Shown piece by piece: positions 1-9,541 of a DNA stretch of 41,579 nucleotides (positions within the stretch are counted from its first letter, which is position 1; the number at the start of each line of letters is the position of its first letter). The notes below the pieces were generated by a model that ran no database searches, had not been told where the DNA came from, and saw only the letters and a list, made by a program, of their open reading frames with translations. Origin of the DNA: Oligoflexales bacterium (GTDB taxonomy: Bacteria > Bdellovibrionota_B > Oligoflexia > Oligoflexales > RGVZ01); the NCBI GenBank assembly GCA_044236265.1, contig JBIIGV010000011.1:1-41579 (forward strand). The letters are read 5' to 3'. Made by a program: the position numbers and the translations under genes.

Positions 1-675
1 ACCAAGGCTTTGAAATCTGAGGGTGCCAAGGCTTTAAAGAAGTTTGACGGACCCAGCAAGATGAAATCCATGGAAAAGAAATCTCGCGAGTCTGAACATG
101 ACACAGACTCGGGAGCTTTTGATCTTGGGATTGGTTTGCAGCTTGGATCTAACGCCTCCTATGGAAATGGACTCGTAACGAATCTTGATTTTTTTCGATT
201 TATGCGTGCCCAAGTTGGTGTTGGCTATAACTCTACAGGCGCCAAGGCGGGGGTGGGTGGAGCATTGATTCTGCCTTTCGGGCGCTCGTTTGGCCTGGAT
301 GCCGGAGGTTCTTACGCGCACTCGTTTGGGGTCAAGGATGAAGTTTCGCTTTCGGCTCGCTTTACGCCGGACGGTAGTTCGCAGAAAGAGTCGGTTGACG
401 CGATTCGAAAATTTAGAATTTCCCCAGGGAACTACTACGGAGTATTTATCGGCGGGTATTTTGCAATCCTCCAAAACATCTGGCTGGATGCTCATGTGGT
501 TTACAACAAATACGTAAGCGGCCATCAGGTAGAGTTTTACGATGGTGTCTCCTACAGTAAACCGATCGAAGCAACTAATGAAGAATCGGTACAAGCGGAG
601 TTTGAAAAGAAGGCCAAAGAAAAACTAAACGGCACGGGCCCAGGATTTACGTTGGGTGTTCAGTTTAGGATTTGA
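1..675 (+). CDS. Hypothetical protein, probable outer-membrane beta-barrel (5'-truncated by the window edge)
   Basis: Frame is open from base 1 to TGA at 673-675. It has Gly/aromatic-rich amphipathic strands (QVGVGYN, GLDAGGSY, WLDAHVVY) and ends GFTLGVQFRI, typical of a last barrel strand. Confidence 0.5.
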   Translation, partial: TKALKSEGAKALKKFDGPSKMKSMEKKSRESEHDTDSGAFDLGIGLQLGSNASYGNGLVTNLDFFRFMRAQVGVGYNSTGAKAGVGGALILPFGRSFGLDAGGSYAHSFGVKDEVSLSARFTPDGSSQKESVDAIRKFRISPGNYYGVFIGGYFAILQNIWLDAHVVYNKYVSGHQVEFYDGVSYSKPIEATNEESVQAEFEKKAKEKLNGTGPGFTLGVQFRI

Positions 676-716
676 TTCCTTAAGTTGAATTTTCAATTCA
701 TCAAAAATTTTTAAAA

Positions 717-1322
717 TCAGTGCACTTTCGGTAGGTGTGGTAGTTTTTGAACCACCTTCGCTTCGATCTCAAGCCACCTATCTAGTGCCTCGACAGTTTG
801 TTGTTCTCCAAATAACGATTTGGATAAATTTACAAACAGCGGAAAGTGCTGACTCTCAGCCTTAGCAAACTCAGTGTAAAATGACTTCAATTCGCCCTCT
901 GGGAGGTGATCAGCCAGGAGGCAAAATCGCTCACAGCTCCGTGCTTCAACCACAGCGGCTACGAGTAGTCGATCCTGGAGATGTTCACGGCGAGGGTGGC
1001 GTACATGCTTCATCAGGTCTTTCACGTAGGTATCAATATCGTCGGAGCCCATTTCCACGCCCCGCTGACGAAGGCGTTTAAAAATCATCTGAAAGTGCTC
1101 TAGTTCTTCAATCGCCAGCGCAATCATGGCCTCTTGAAGCTCTGGATATTCAGGAAACTTACTAACAATCATCATGGCTGCTGCGTGGGCTTTGCGCTCG
1201 CAGGAGGCGTGATCTGCCAAAAATGCGTCCACATTAGACGTGACCACTCCGACCCAGGCTGGATCAGTGGGCGAGCGTAGGGGGAGAGAGTGGCGAATTT
1301 CTGAAAGCATCGTTGTTTCCAT
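717..1322 (-). CDS. miaE: tRNA-(ms2io6A37) hydroxylase MiaE (ferritin-like di-iron)
   Basis: Motifs DHASCERKA, EELEHF, DRLLVAAVVEARSCERF and ESQHF. Start is probably ATG 1322 or 1310 rather than 1358. Confidence 0.9.
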   Translation of the reverse strand: METTMLSEIRHSLPLRSPTDPAWVGVVTSNVDAFLADHASCERKAHAAAMMIVSKFPEYPELQEAMIALAIEELEHFQMIFKRLRQRGVEMGSDDIDTYVKDLMKHVRHPRREHLQDRLLVAAVVEARSCERFCLLADHLPEGELKSFYTEFAKAESQHFPLFVNLSKSLFGEQQTVEALDRWLEIEAKVVQKLPHLPKVH

Positions 1323-1351
1323 GATAAATCTTGTAGTATGGAAGAGCTGCC

Positions 1352-2119
1352 ATGACAACTAAAGACGATCAAATATCTGTAATGACTGAGTTCGGAGCCC
1401 TCGTTCAGACGGCCGACGGCTCATGGACCATTCGCCATGAAGTTCATGGCCAGGACTTTCATTCGTCCGAGGGTGCACGTTTTGAAGCTTGGGAGCTTTA
1501 TGTCGTGGCTAGTGGTTTATTGACTGTCCTGAAAAGTTCTGAGGAGCGTCCTGTCGGCGTTCTTGATGTGGGCATGGGGCTTGGCTACAACGCGTGTGCG
1601 ACTATCGCCGCATGGTTGACTGGTGATGGATCTTCAGACCTGTCGATTTTAAGTTTGGAGATCGACTCTCGTCTTGTTGAGACACTGGCAAGTGGCGAAG
1701 CGCCATGGGTTAGAGGTTGGGATGATCAATGGTTAGCGGGGCCAAGATGTTTAAAAAAAATTTCCACGTCCACTTGGTCAGCCTGTATAAGTCATCCCCG
1801 CTCAGCAAAGACCTTGAGCTGGACAATTGTAATTGGTGATGCTGCAAACCTCGACATAATTCAAATAAGTAAAGACTTTGCCCCCGAGGGTTTGCACTTT
1901 GTGTGGCAAGATCCATTTACGCCTGAACTAAATCCTGAAATGTGGTCAGCAGCTTGGTTTCTACGAGTCAAAGACATCGTTTGTAGAAATGCCGTTCTCA
2001 TGACTTACAGTGTGTCACGGGTGGTCAAGGATGCGTTATCGGAGGCTGGTTGGTTGCCGGAGCGCTTTCGCACGCCGGGGCGAAAGCGGCATTGGTTGCG
2101 TGCGTCAATTAAGTCTTGA
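1352..2119 (+). CDS. mnmD: Stand-alone MnmC-type tRNA (mnm5s2U34) methyltransferase domain (MnmD-like)
   Basis: TADGSWT..FHSSEGARFEA, SAM-binding LDVGMGLGYN, QDPFTPELNPEMWS, LMTYS and PGRKR. No FAD oxidase domain is present. Confidence 0.8.
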   Translation: MTTKDDQISVMTEFGALVQTADGSWTIRHEVHGQDFHSSEGARFEAWELYVVASGLLTVLKSSEERPVGVLDVGMGLGYNACATIAAWLTGDGSSDLSILSLEIDSRLVETLASGEAPWVRGWDDQWLAGPRCLKKISTSTWSACISHPRSAKTLSWTIVIGDAANLDIIQISKDFAPEGLHFVWQDPFTPELNPEMWSAAWFLRVKDIVCRNAVLMTYSVSRVVKDALSEAGWLPERFRTPGRKRHWLRASIKS

Positions 2120-2144
2120 GACGCATCGCACGCTAGTTTTTTGA

Positions 2145-2193
2145 AATTTTTTTCCGACATCGTCCCGTGAATTAACCAGCGAAATCGTCCCGT
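2145..2193. repeat. Left-hand pair of 24-bp IS end repeats
   Basis: aattaaccagcgaaatcgtcccgt (2170-2193) matches the reverse complement of 3433-3456 at 23/24. A degenerate copy at 2145-2168 matches at 17/24. Confidence 0.8.
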
Positions 2194-2221
2194 TTGGTGA
2201 TCGGACCAAATGGACCCAGCT

Positions 2222-3364
2222 TTAGGCTGCTGGACGCTTCCATTGTCTTGTAGGTCGTGTAATGACCTCATATTCGAGCTTTATATGCCTGTAATACATT
2301 GAGATGGCCCCGTCTTCGTATATGTGGATGGAGATGTCCTTTTTTCGAAGGCTTCCCATGGTGCGATCTATGATCCGGTAAAGTTGATTCTCAAAATGGA
2401 CTGTATGATCGCTATGGATCTGGCGTATGTGTTTTATACAAAAGATTTCGTCTAAATTTTCATGAGGTAAAAGAGCTCTGTACCGTGAGTGCTGGTCTCG
2501 AGGTTTGACGGTGTTTCTTTCCTGCCAGTATTTAGGCAAGTAAACCTGATCAAGGTACCTATTGGCATCGAGCATGGAGGTGACCCCGTTGAGTCGTAGT
2601 TCAGGGACTAGGCGGTCTTGCGTAGTGCGCCAGGCTCGCTCAATACGGCCTTTAGACTCAGCAGAGCTAGTGGTGATAACTCGAATACCAAGCTCCTCAC
2701 AGGCTCTCACAAATTGGCTGAAGCCTCGACGTTTTTCTCCTCCGCCAGCCCATCCTGCTTGATCCGTATAAATCATTTGTGGAACACCTTTAGACTCAAT
2801 CAGCGCCCGCAATAGCTTCATACAGGCAATGGTCGTCTCCCCTTCAAAGAATTTTGCCGCGGGAATTTCACTCGTAGCATCGTCAATCATGGCGATCAGG
2901 CACCACTCATCCCTGCCATTCCATTTGTGATGAGAGCCATCCATCTGTAGCAGAAGCCCCTCGCAGGACATACGCTCTCGATGTACTCTCGCTTTGCTGG
3001 TTCTGCGACGTTTGTGCTTACCAATCCCTGCCTCTCTGCACCATCGATGAAAGGTTGTATAGCTGACAGTTAGGCCATGGCGTGCAGCTAGCATCTCGAG
3101 GCAGTGAGAGATGTTGAAATCGTAGTATTGCTCACGCGCTAATTTGAGCATTTGATCGCGACAGCTTTGATCTAATCGATTCCTAGCAGGCTTCTGATAA
3201 TTGCCGTGCTTGATGCCTTCAATGCCCTTCTGCCTAAGTTTCCTTACCCGACGCGAGATCGCTCTCTCACTACAATCCAGAAACTCAGCTGCCTGCCGGC
3301 GGCTTAACAATCCCGATCTAAAATCCTCCAAGATCCTTAGAGCCACTGCCTCGTTCTTAGACAT
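2222..3364 (-). CDS. DDE transposase, IS1202/ISNCY family
   Basis: N-terminal HTH (RRQAAEFLDCSERAISR), then LQMDGSHHKW, CLIAMIDDATS, IYTD and SKGRIERAWRTTQDRL. A strong SD (AAAGGGAGGT) precedes ATG 3364. Confidence 0.92.
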   Translation of the reverse strand: MSKNEAVALRILEDFRSGLLSRRQAAEFLDCSERAISRRVRKLRQKGIEGIKHGNYQKPARNRLDQSCRDQMLKLAREQYYDFNISHCLEMLAARHGLTVSYTTFHRWCREAGIGKHKRRRTSKARVHRERMSCEGLLLQMDGSHHKWNGRDEWCLIAMIDDATSEIPAAKFFEGETTIACMKLLRALIESKGVPQMIYTDQAGWAGGGEKRRGFSQFVRACEELGIRVITTSSAESKGRIERAWRTTQDRLVPELRLNGVTSMLDANRYLDQVYLPKYWQERNTVKPRDQHSRYRALLPHENLDEIFCIKHIRQIHSDHTVHFENQLYRIIDRTMGSLRKKDISIHIYEDGAISMYYRHIKLEYEVITRPTRQWKRPAA

Positions 3365-3432
3365 AAAGATACCTCCCTTTGGCATTTAGGCCCCTCCAAT
3401 CTGATGGTTAAGATCAGGGGAGCATAGTGGGT

Positions 3433-3483
3433 ACGGGACGATATCGCTGGTTAATTAAGACGGGACGATATTGCTGGTTAATT
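3433..3483. repeat. Right-hand tandem pair of 24-bp IS end repeats (27-bp period)
   Basis: acgggacgatatcgctggttaatt (3433-3456) and acgggacgatattgctggttaatt (3460-3483) are 23/24 identical. Confidence 0.9.
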
Positions 3484-3639
3484 TGAGAATGGGTTGGTGG
3501 CAGCCCTCGTTTTTTAGCCTAAATTAACCTGTTTTTTTAGCGGCTTATCTTGAGGATTCAGGAGTATCTCAAAAAATACCGATAACCCCCTTAGGTTGGA
3601 GGCCGGATGTTTTTTGGCTATTTTATTCCTAGTGTTCGT

Positions 3640-4152
3640 ATGTTGTTGGTCTTTTTGGGGCTGACGGGATTGATGTCGGCTTGCGGACGACCCAAGCAAA
3701 AAGTTGACATACGCGACGGTAGCACCATGAGCAGCGGCACACTTGATGTTAGTGATCCCAACTGCAAGAAGGCGGCTTGCCCTAAGGTTGAATTTCAGTT
3801 GGTTGATGAGTCTAATAAAGACATGTCTCAGGAAACTTTGACGGGCTCAGTGGGTGTTGAGGTCAATTGGAAATTTCAGGTGAAGTCAGAGGCCACGCCT
3901 GGTCGAATTCGAATTGCTCTTATTGAGGCCCCCATTTGGCTTACGTCTGCTGCTGGTGCAGAGCCCGGTTCTATTGTGGCTTCTGGAAAGCCAACAGAAT
4001 CTGCTACAAATGCGAGTTTTGTTGTATTAGCTCGCGATATAGGCCGCTGTAAGGCTATGGAGAAAGTTACGAAATCCTGCGCTGACGTCAAAACACCGTT
4101 CGAAGCTTACGATAAGCTCTTTAATATCAAGTTTTCGATTACAGGAAATTAA
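3640..4152 (+). CDS. Hypothetical lipoprotein, beta-rich (possibly Ig-like)
   Basis: Hydrophobic leader and lipobox MSA-C, followed by four more Cys. Start could be 3607 or 3640. Confidence 0.65.
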   Translation: MLLVFLGLTGLMSACGRPKQKVDIRDGSTMSSGTLDVSDPNCKKAACPKVEFQLVDESNKDMSQETLTGSVGVEVNWKFQVKSEATPGRIRIALIEAPIWLTSAAGAEPGSIVASGKPTESATNASFVVLARDIGRCKAMEKVTKSCADVKTPFEAYDKLFNIKFSITGN

Positions 4153-4192
4153 GCTACTCTCGGATATTAGCCAATTCGGGAGTGATGAGTAA

Positions 4193-5512
4193 ATGAGCGG
4201 TCTGGAAAGCCGAACCACGATTCATCGTGCTGGAGACATTTGGACGGTCGTTAAGGTTGATGGGCGTGCGGTCCTGAAATCTTACAAGTCGGCAGCTATG
4301 GTCGTGAATGACGACGGGACAATAATCAGTATTGGCAACTTCGATGATTTATCTCAGAAACATCCGTCTGCGGCGCTGATAGATCATGGATCGTCGACAT
4401 TGGTTCCTGGATTTGTTGACGCCCATCTACACTGTCCGCAGCTGGATGTGATCGGGTCGGGTGGATATCATTTACTGGACTGGCTTGAGCAGTATGTGTT
4501 TCCGGCAGAGGGCAAGTTTGCTGCGCTTGACGTAGCTGTCCGCGGTGCGAAAAGATTGAGTCGGGAGCTGGTTCGACACGGAGTTACGACTGCAGCCGTC
4601 TTTTCAAGCGTGCATGCTCACGCAGCCGAAGCACTTTTTCAAAATTTCGAACGCACCGGTCTGCGACTTGTGACAGGTAAGACATCAATGGATATTGGTG
4701 CGCCGAAAAATGTCACGGAATCCGTTGAAGCAGATATCGAAGCCCAAGAAAAACTCATTGCCACTTGGCATGGCCGTCATGATCGGCTTTTTTATGCCAT
4801 CACTCCACGATTCGCTTTGAGTTGCTCGCGCCCCATGATGAAGGCCCTGCAGGAATTAAAGGAGCGGCATCCGACCTGTTACGTGCAAACCCATATCAGC
4901 GAGAATGTTCACGAAGTAAAAGATGTTTTAGCCGAGTGGAAAGAGTTTGATGATTACCTTGCAGTTTATGAAGAGCATGGACTGATCGGGAACAAAACAC
5001 TTTTGGCTCACGGTATTTATTTGACTGATTCCGAGCTGGCTCGGCTGTCTCGCAGCAAGACTTCCATTGTGCACTGCCCGACCTCAAATACATTCTTGGG
5101 CAGTGGCTTGTTTAACTTAGAGCGATCAACGGCCCTGGGTGTCAATGTTTGTTTGGCGTCAGATATCGGAGCTGGAACTGGATTGTCTCCTTGGCAAACA
5201 ATGCTTGAGTGTTACAAGGTTCAAGCATTGCAGGGGCATCTCGTTACGGCCGATGAACTGCTTTATCGTGGCACACTTGCCGGTGCTGAAGCTTTGGGCC
5301 TTGATAACAGGCTGGGCAGTCTTGAGGTGGGCAAACAGGCTGACTTTGTGGTCTTACACACCGAACATAATGAACTCTTGAGTGAGAGGCTTCGGGTGGC
5401 AAAAGACCCTGCCGAACGATTGTTCGCCTGTGTAACCATGGGTGATGATCGGATGGTCCATGCAGTCTATGTTGCTGGGCGGCAGATCTCTCAGGGGCAG
5501 CATCGCCATTGA
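4193..5512 (+). CDS. guaD: Guanine deaminase (amidohydrolase)
   Basis: PGFVDAHLHCPQ, LLDWLEQYVFPAE, AITPRFALSCS, QTHISEN, HCPTSNTFLGSG and SDIGAG. Confidence 0.93.
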   Translation: MSGLESRTTIHRAGDIWTVVKVDGRAVLKSYKSAAMVVNDDGTIISIGNFDDLSQKHPSAALIDHGSSTLVPGFVDAHLHCPQLDVIGSGGYHLLDWLEQYVFPAEGKFAALDVAVRGAKRLSRELVRHGVTTAAVFSSVHAHAAEALFQNFERTGLRLVTGKTSMDIGAPKNVTESVEADIEAQEKLIATWHGRHDRLFYAITPRFALSCSRPMMKALQELKERHPTCYVQTHISENVHEVKDVLAEWKEFDDYLAVYEEHGLIGNKTLLAHGIYLTDSELARLSRSKTSIVHCPTSNTFLGSGLFNLERSTALGVNVCLASDIGAGTGLSPWQTMLECYKVQALQGHLVTADELLYRGTLAGAEALGLDNRLGSLEVGKQADFVVLHTEHNELLSERLRVAKDPAERLFACVTMGDDRMVHAVYVAGRQISQGQHRH

Positions 5513-5594
5513 TCTAATCCCGTGTTCAACTGCATTCACAGTTCACATAAAGTTGTGCTAACATAAAGTCCTATTGATCAAGGGGGCTTAGCTC

Positions 5595-6068
5595 ATGAAA
5601 ATTGACATTGGTATCTCTGAATCCAGTCGCAAAAAGACTTGCCAAGGCCTAGGTAAACTCCTGGCTGACAGCTACATTTTGTATCTTAAGACCCACAACT
5701 TTCATTGGAACGTTGAGGGGCCAATGTTCAACACCCTGCACACCATGTTCATGGATCAGTACACTGAGCTCTGGAACGCCTTGGACTTGATCGCTGAGCG
5801 CATTCGTGCCCTGGGTAGCTATGCTCCGGGATCCTACAAAAAATACTCTCAGCTCTCCTCGATCTCTGAAGCGGATGGTCATGTGACGGCTAAAGAGATG
5901 ATTAAGCAGTTACTTGAGGGGCATGAGGCTGTGGCGAAAACAGCACGCACTGTTCTTCCCACGGCGGAAGAGGGTGGCGATGAAGCAACAATTGATCTGC
6001 TGGTTCAACGTCTTCAGATCCACGAAAAAACAGCGTGGATGCTTCGCTCGATGCTTGCGAAGGATTGA
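5595..6068 (+). CDS. dps: Dps family DNA protection protein
   Basis: [32 protein letters not shown] and HEKTAWML. Confidence 0.95.
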   Translation: MKIDIGISESSRKKTCQGLGKLLADSYILYLKTHNFHWNVEGPMFNTLHTMFMDQYTELWNALDLIAERIRALGSYAPGSYKKYSQLSSISEADGHVTAKEMIKQLLEGHEAVAKTARTVLPTAEEGGDEATIDLLVQRLQIHEKTAWMLRSMLAKD

Positions 6069-6086
6069 TTAGAAAAGATAGTCGAT

Positions 6087-7223
6087 TTAACTTTGAGCTC
6101 CGCGGTCGCGGAGCTCAAGTGTTTTAAGCAGGATCATCGCTAGGACAATCATGAACGCGGGCAGCCAGTAAGCGGTGCCAAATCCCGTCACGTCGGCGAG
6201 CTTACCCACGACGTAATTCATCAGTGCCAGCATGGCTTGCATCGAGGCAAGCATCCAAATAATCATGCTGCGGTCACGCTCGGGAAAGCGCAGGCTGACC
6301 CATGTGACATAAAGTGGGAAGAATGGCCCAAAGACTCCCGCCAATGGAAGTAACCATAACCATCCAGTCATGCGCGCTAAGACAAAACAAACGAGGGAGC
6401 AAAAAAGGCTAACCCAAATCAGACTGCGGTGATACCGCGGTTTTGCCCATAGACCACAGGCGATACGCGTTATAAGCATCACACCAAAAAACATCGACGT
6501 GTAAAAGGATGCGTCTTTGATATCAAGTTTGTAAGCCTGGACCAGAAACGCCGGCATCCATGTGGATATTAAAACTTCACCAATGACGTAAGCGACAAGT
6601 ACGCTGATTGATAGAGCGTGAATAGCTCCTACCGACATCGGCTGTTTTTGACTCACTGTGGTCTCAGACGTTATAGACGGGCGCACTTTCAAAAAAATGA
6701 GGCTAGCAAGTGCCAGAGCCACGGGCGCCGTCCAGGCGAATAGTGACTGCCAGTTTTCTGGATTGGTCAGCACAACACCAGCGATCCAAGGCGCAAAAAA
6801 AGAACTGAGTCCATAAAGAGAGTGTAACGCCGACATCATCTGCCCGCGACGGTCCGCCTCAAAACTTGATTGGACAAAGATATTACTCAGCGAGCCCATG
6901 GTCGAAATTGATCCGCCGAGGAGCGCGCCCCAAAGAAAAAGTGACAACGATGTTGAGACTAAGAGGGTTGCCGTGCAGATCAGTGCCGAATAGATCAATA
7001 CGGATACTCCGACACGACGAAGTGACCAGCGATTGAGAAGCGGCATGAGTAACCACGTGCTGATCATCGCGACCAGATTGCCAAGGGAGATGATCATGGC
7101 CGCAGATCCGTAGTCCATCGCCATCAGTTTGGTGATTGCTGGCAGCAAGGGCCCACGCATGTTGTCAATCCATGAGCCGAGGCATAAAAGCCCTGCTCCG
7201 GAAATGAATATTGGCCAGCGCAT
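6087..7223 (-). CDS. MFS transporter
   Basis: About 12 hydrophobic segments, GPLLPAI, and RRGQMMSALHSLYGL. Start is 7223 or 7241. Confidence 0.85.
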   Translation of the reverse strand: MRWPIFISGAGLLCLGSWIDNMRGPLLPAITKLMAMDYGSAAMIISLGNLVAMISTWLLMPLLNRWSLRRVGVSVLIYSALICTATLLVSTSLSLFLWGALLGGSISTMGSLSNIFVQSSFEADRRGQMMSALHSLYGLSSFFAPWIAGVVLTNPENWQSLFAWTAPVALALASLIFLKVRPSITSETTVSQKQPMSVGAIHALSISVLVAYVIGEVLISTWMPAFLVQAYKLDIKDASFYTSMFFGVMLITRIACGLWAKPRYHRSLIWVSLFCSLVCFVLARMTGWLWLLPLAGVFGPFFPLYVTWVSLRFPERDRSMIIWMLASMQAMLALMNYVVGKLADVTGFGTAYWLPAFMIVLAMILLKTLELRDRGAQS

Positions 7224-7312
7224 GTGTGATGGATCTCTCAAGGCGATGCGTCGTTGAATCTAAGGCATCATAATGACATGGGAAATTGTCCTGTGCAACG
7301 ACTTTAGGTTTC

Positions 7313-7341
7313 TTGACAGGCCTCACGCACGGGCGTAAGGT
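7313..7341 (+). promoter_or_regulatory. Putative sigma70 promoter giving a leaderless transcript of the LLM gene
   Basis: TTGACA (7313-7318), 17-bp spacer, TAAGGT (7336-7341). ATG follows 8 nt later with no SD. Confidence 0.55.
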
Positions 7342-7349
7342 CATCCCCT

Positions 7350-8567
7350 ATGCAATTTGATCTTTTTCACAGTATTGGCAGGATTGATACCCTTAAACCT
7401 GTTCCGCAAGACAGAGCGATTTTTCGTGCGTTTTTGGATCAGTGCACTATCGGTGAGTCATTAGGTTTTCCGACCATGTGGGTGGCTGAGTCCCACTTCT
7501 CAAGTGAAGTTCAGAAGTCGAATGCTCGTCCGGTGATTCCTAATTACCATGGGGAAGTTGGCCTTAATGCCGACTCCTGTCAGCTGGCTCATCTTGTTTT
7601 TGCAAAAACTAAAAAAATCGCATTTGGAACAGCCATTCATAACATCGTGGGCGGCAACGGTGGACCGTTGGCTTCAGCTGATCGAATTCGAAGTCTCGCG
7701 TTCTATAACTCTTTGCAAGATAACCCGAGAAAGCTCCATATCGGTGTCGCGGCAGGGAGGTTTCCCTATATCAATGCTCCCTTTGGGATTGTCCCCCGCA
7801 ACAACGTCGAACAAGTTCTATGGCCTCAGTATCAGCGACTGATTTTCATTGAAGCCTTGGAGATATTTTTGCGACTAAGCCGTAGTGAAACTATTTCCTG
7901 CCAAGATATTGCCAGCTGGACGATAGACCATGCCATGTTCAAAACTGACGATGACTTTAAAGCGGCGATGAATCAGATAGGTGCCACTGATGCGGGTGTG
8001 CCCTATGAGCGTCGCTGGACGTTTGAAACGCTAAAACTGATTCCCGAGATGTCTCAAAACGAGTTAAGTGGGTTGATGAATTTTGTTTTGGGATCTCACG
8101 ATCCGATGGCTAGGGATCACGGATTGAAATTTGCAGATTTGGATGTTTTCAATCTTTCGTTTACGCCGCCTCATGAGCTTACAAAAATACATGACGACAT
8201 GTTTGTGAAATATAAAGAGAGCGGACGTACATGGCATCGTTCCCGCTTGCCACGCACCGTTCTGATCTTTATCGATAAGTCACCCAAGGTCGCAGCAGAA
8301 AAAGCGGAGCGATGCTTTGATACATACATTGAAGCTATGCGTGGTACCGTTGTTTTGCCACCGAAAGAGGAGCTCATGAGCCGGGCGCTGATTGGTGATC
8401 CAGCCATGATCCGCGATCAGTTGCACCCTGAAAATCCTAGGGCATTTCACAAAGATGATCGATTGATGCTTTGGTTTGAGTTCAATCAGATTGACCATGA
8501 AGATATTTTACAGCAGATGAGACTCTTTGCGGAGAACGTAATGCCCTACGTTTCGTCAAATCGATGA
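7350..8567 (+). CDS. LLM-class (luciferase-like) flavin-dependent oxidoreductase
   Basis: LGFPTMWVAESHF, TKKIAFGTA, LHIGVAAG, LIGDP and MRLFAENVMP. Confidence 0.8.
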   Translation: MQFDLFHSIGRIDTLKPVPQDRAIFRAFLDQCTIGESLGFPTMWVAESHFSSEVQKSNARPVIPNYHGEVGLNADSCQLAHLVFAKTKKIAFGTAIHNIVGGNGGPLASADRIRSLAFYNSLQDNPRKLHIGVAAGRFPYINAPFGIVPRNNVEQVLWPQYQRLIFIEALEIFLRLSRSETISCQDIASWTIDHAMFKTDDDFKAAMNQIGATDAGVPYERRWTFETLKLIPEMSQNELSGLMNFVLGSHDPMARDHGLKFADLDVFNLSFTPPHELTKIHDDMFVKYKESGRTWHRSRLPRTVLIFIDKSPKVAAEKAERCFDTYIEAMRGTVVLPPKEELMSRALIGDPAMIRDQLHPENPRAFHKDDRLMLWFEFNQIDHEDILQQMRLFAENVMPYVSSNR

Positions 8568-9541
8568 ATGATCTGATTCACGCTAAGCCCATATTTGCAT
8601 TTACTCGACGTGATATTACCGAGGTTGTTGTTCACGGTATTGTAGCGTTAAAACACCAAGGGCAGCCTCTTGTTGCCGATGATGCGTCGACAGTTATAGT
8701 GACTCGGTCTTTACTAAAGCCGTGGCAAGCGATGGCAACGGGTGGGTATGACCGAACCAAGTCTTTCTGGTCGATGTGCATTGCGTCGCACAGTGGCCTG
8801 ACAACCCATCTCGAGAGTCTCAAAGAGTTAATTCAAGAGACACATGCATCAGAGTCCGATCTCGTTTGTCCGCGAACATTTCCATTAGACGCAGGCGTTT
8901 CGGCAACCATGCGCCAGTCGGGTGTTCCGGCATCGAGACTTCACCATCCTTGTGCCGGTAAGCACCTTCTGATGCTTGCTGCTGCTCGCAAAGAAAATAC
9001 GGCTGTCGAGAATTACTGGCATGAAGATCACCCAGTACAGAAACGTATTCAGGCCCTGGTTGGTCGTGAAGCCAGTGAAAAATTGACATGGGTGACCGAT
9101 AGCTGTGGCCTTCCGGTTGCAGCGATGCCCGTGCGGGCATTGATGAATATGTACGAGCGATTTGCTCTCGACTCATCGGAAGCAGCGAGTGACTTGAAGG
9201 CATTGTGGTTGGAGTATCCACGCCTTGTCGGTGGAGCTAGACGATTGGATTCAGATATTGTGGAGATTGGTTCTCGCCACCTTATTGCAAAAGAAGGCGC
9301 AGATGGTCTTCTTGCGGTTCAGACACTTCCAATCCCAGGAGAGATGATTTCAGGGTGCTTCGTTAAAATTTCGTCTGGCTATAACACTGCTCATTCAGGC
9401 ATTGCTTTGTGGTGCCTTTTGTCGTCGCGTAACGACTTAAACGCCCCTCTTGTAGCGCTTCGTGACTATCTACGAAGTCGCCTGGAGGAGTGGGTGCCTA
9501 AGGATCAAAAGTTGCAAATTCTCTACAGGCCGCCCACATGA
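8564..9541 (+). CDS. Asparaginase II family (rhizobial AnsA-like) protein
   Basis: RSLLKPWQA, ASHSG, HHPCAGKH, DSCGLP and AKEGADG match family motifs. ATGA overlaps at both ends. Confidence 0.8.
   Translation: MNDLIHAKPIFAFTRRDITEVVVHGIVALKHQGQPLVADDASTVIVTRSLLKPWQAMATGGYDRTKSFWSMCIASHSGLTTHLESLKELIQETHASESDLVCPRTFPLDAGVSATMRQSGVPASRLHHPCAGKHLLMLAAARKENTAVENYWHEDHPVQKRIQALVGREASEKLTWVTDSCGLPVAAMPVRALMNMYERFALDSSEAASDLKALWLEYPRLVGGARRLDSDIVEIGSRHLIAKEGADGLLAVQTLPIPGEMISGCFVKISSGYNTAHSGIALWCLLSSRNDLNAPLVALRDYLRSRLEEWVPKDQKLQILYRPPT

Larger units (their letters stand above)
2145..3483 (-). mobile_element. Insertion sequence of IS1202/ISNCY (IS481-related) type; outer boundaries approximate
   Basis: A DDE transposase is bracketed by two 24-bp repeats at each end, in inverted orientation (2145-2168, 2170-2193; 3433-3456, 3460-3483). 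Confidence 0.8.

Noticed and set aside
34..594. 186-aa minus-strand ORF and the other short overlapping ORFs in the track
   Set aside because: They overlap better-supported genes and show no recognisable motifs.
3433..3483. 24-bp direct repeats as a mini CRISPR array
   Set aside because: Only 3 bp separate the copies, inverted copies lie at the other end of the transposase, and there are no cas genes.
5540..5567. dif-like site (agttcacataa resembles an XerC arm)
   Set aside because: There is no XerD arm (ttatgttaaat) at 6-bp spacing.
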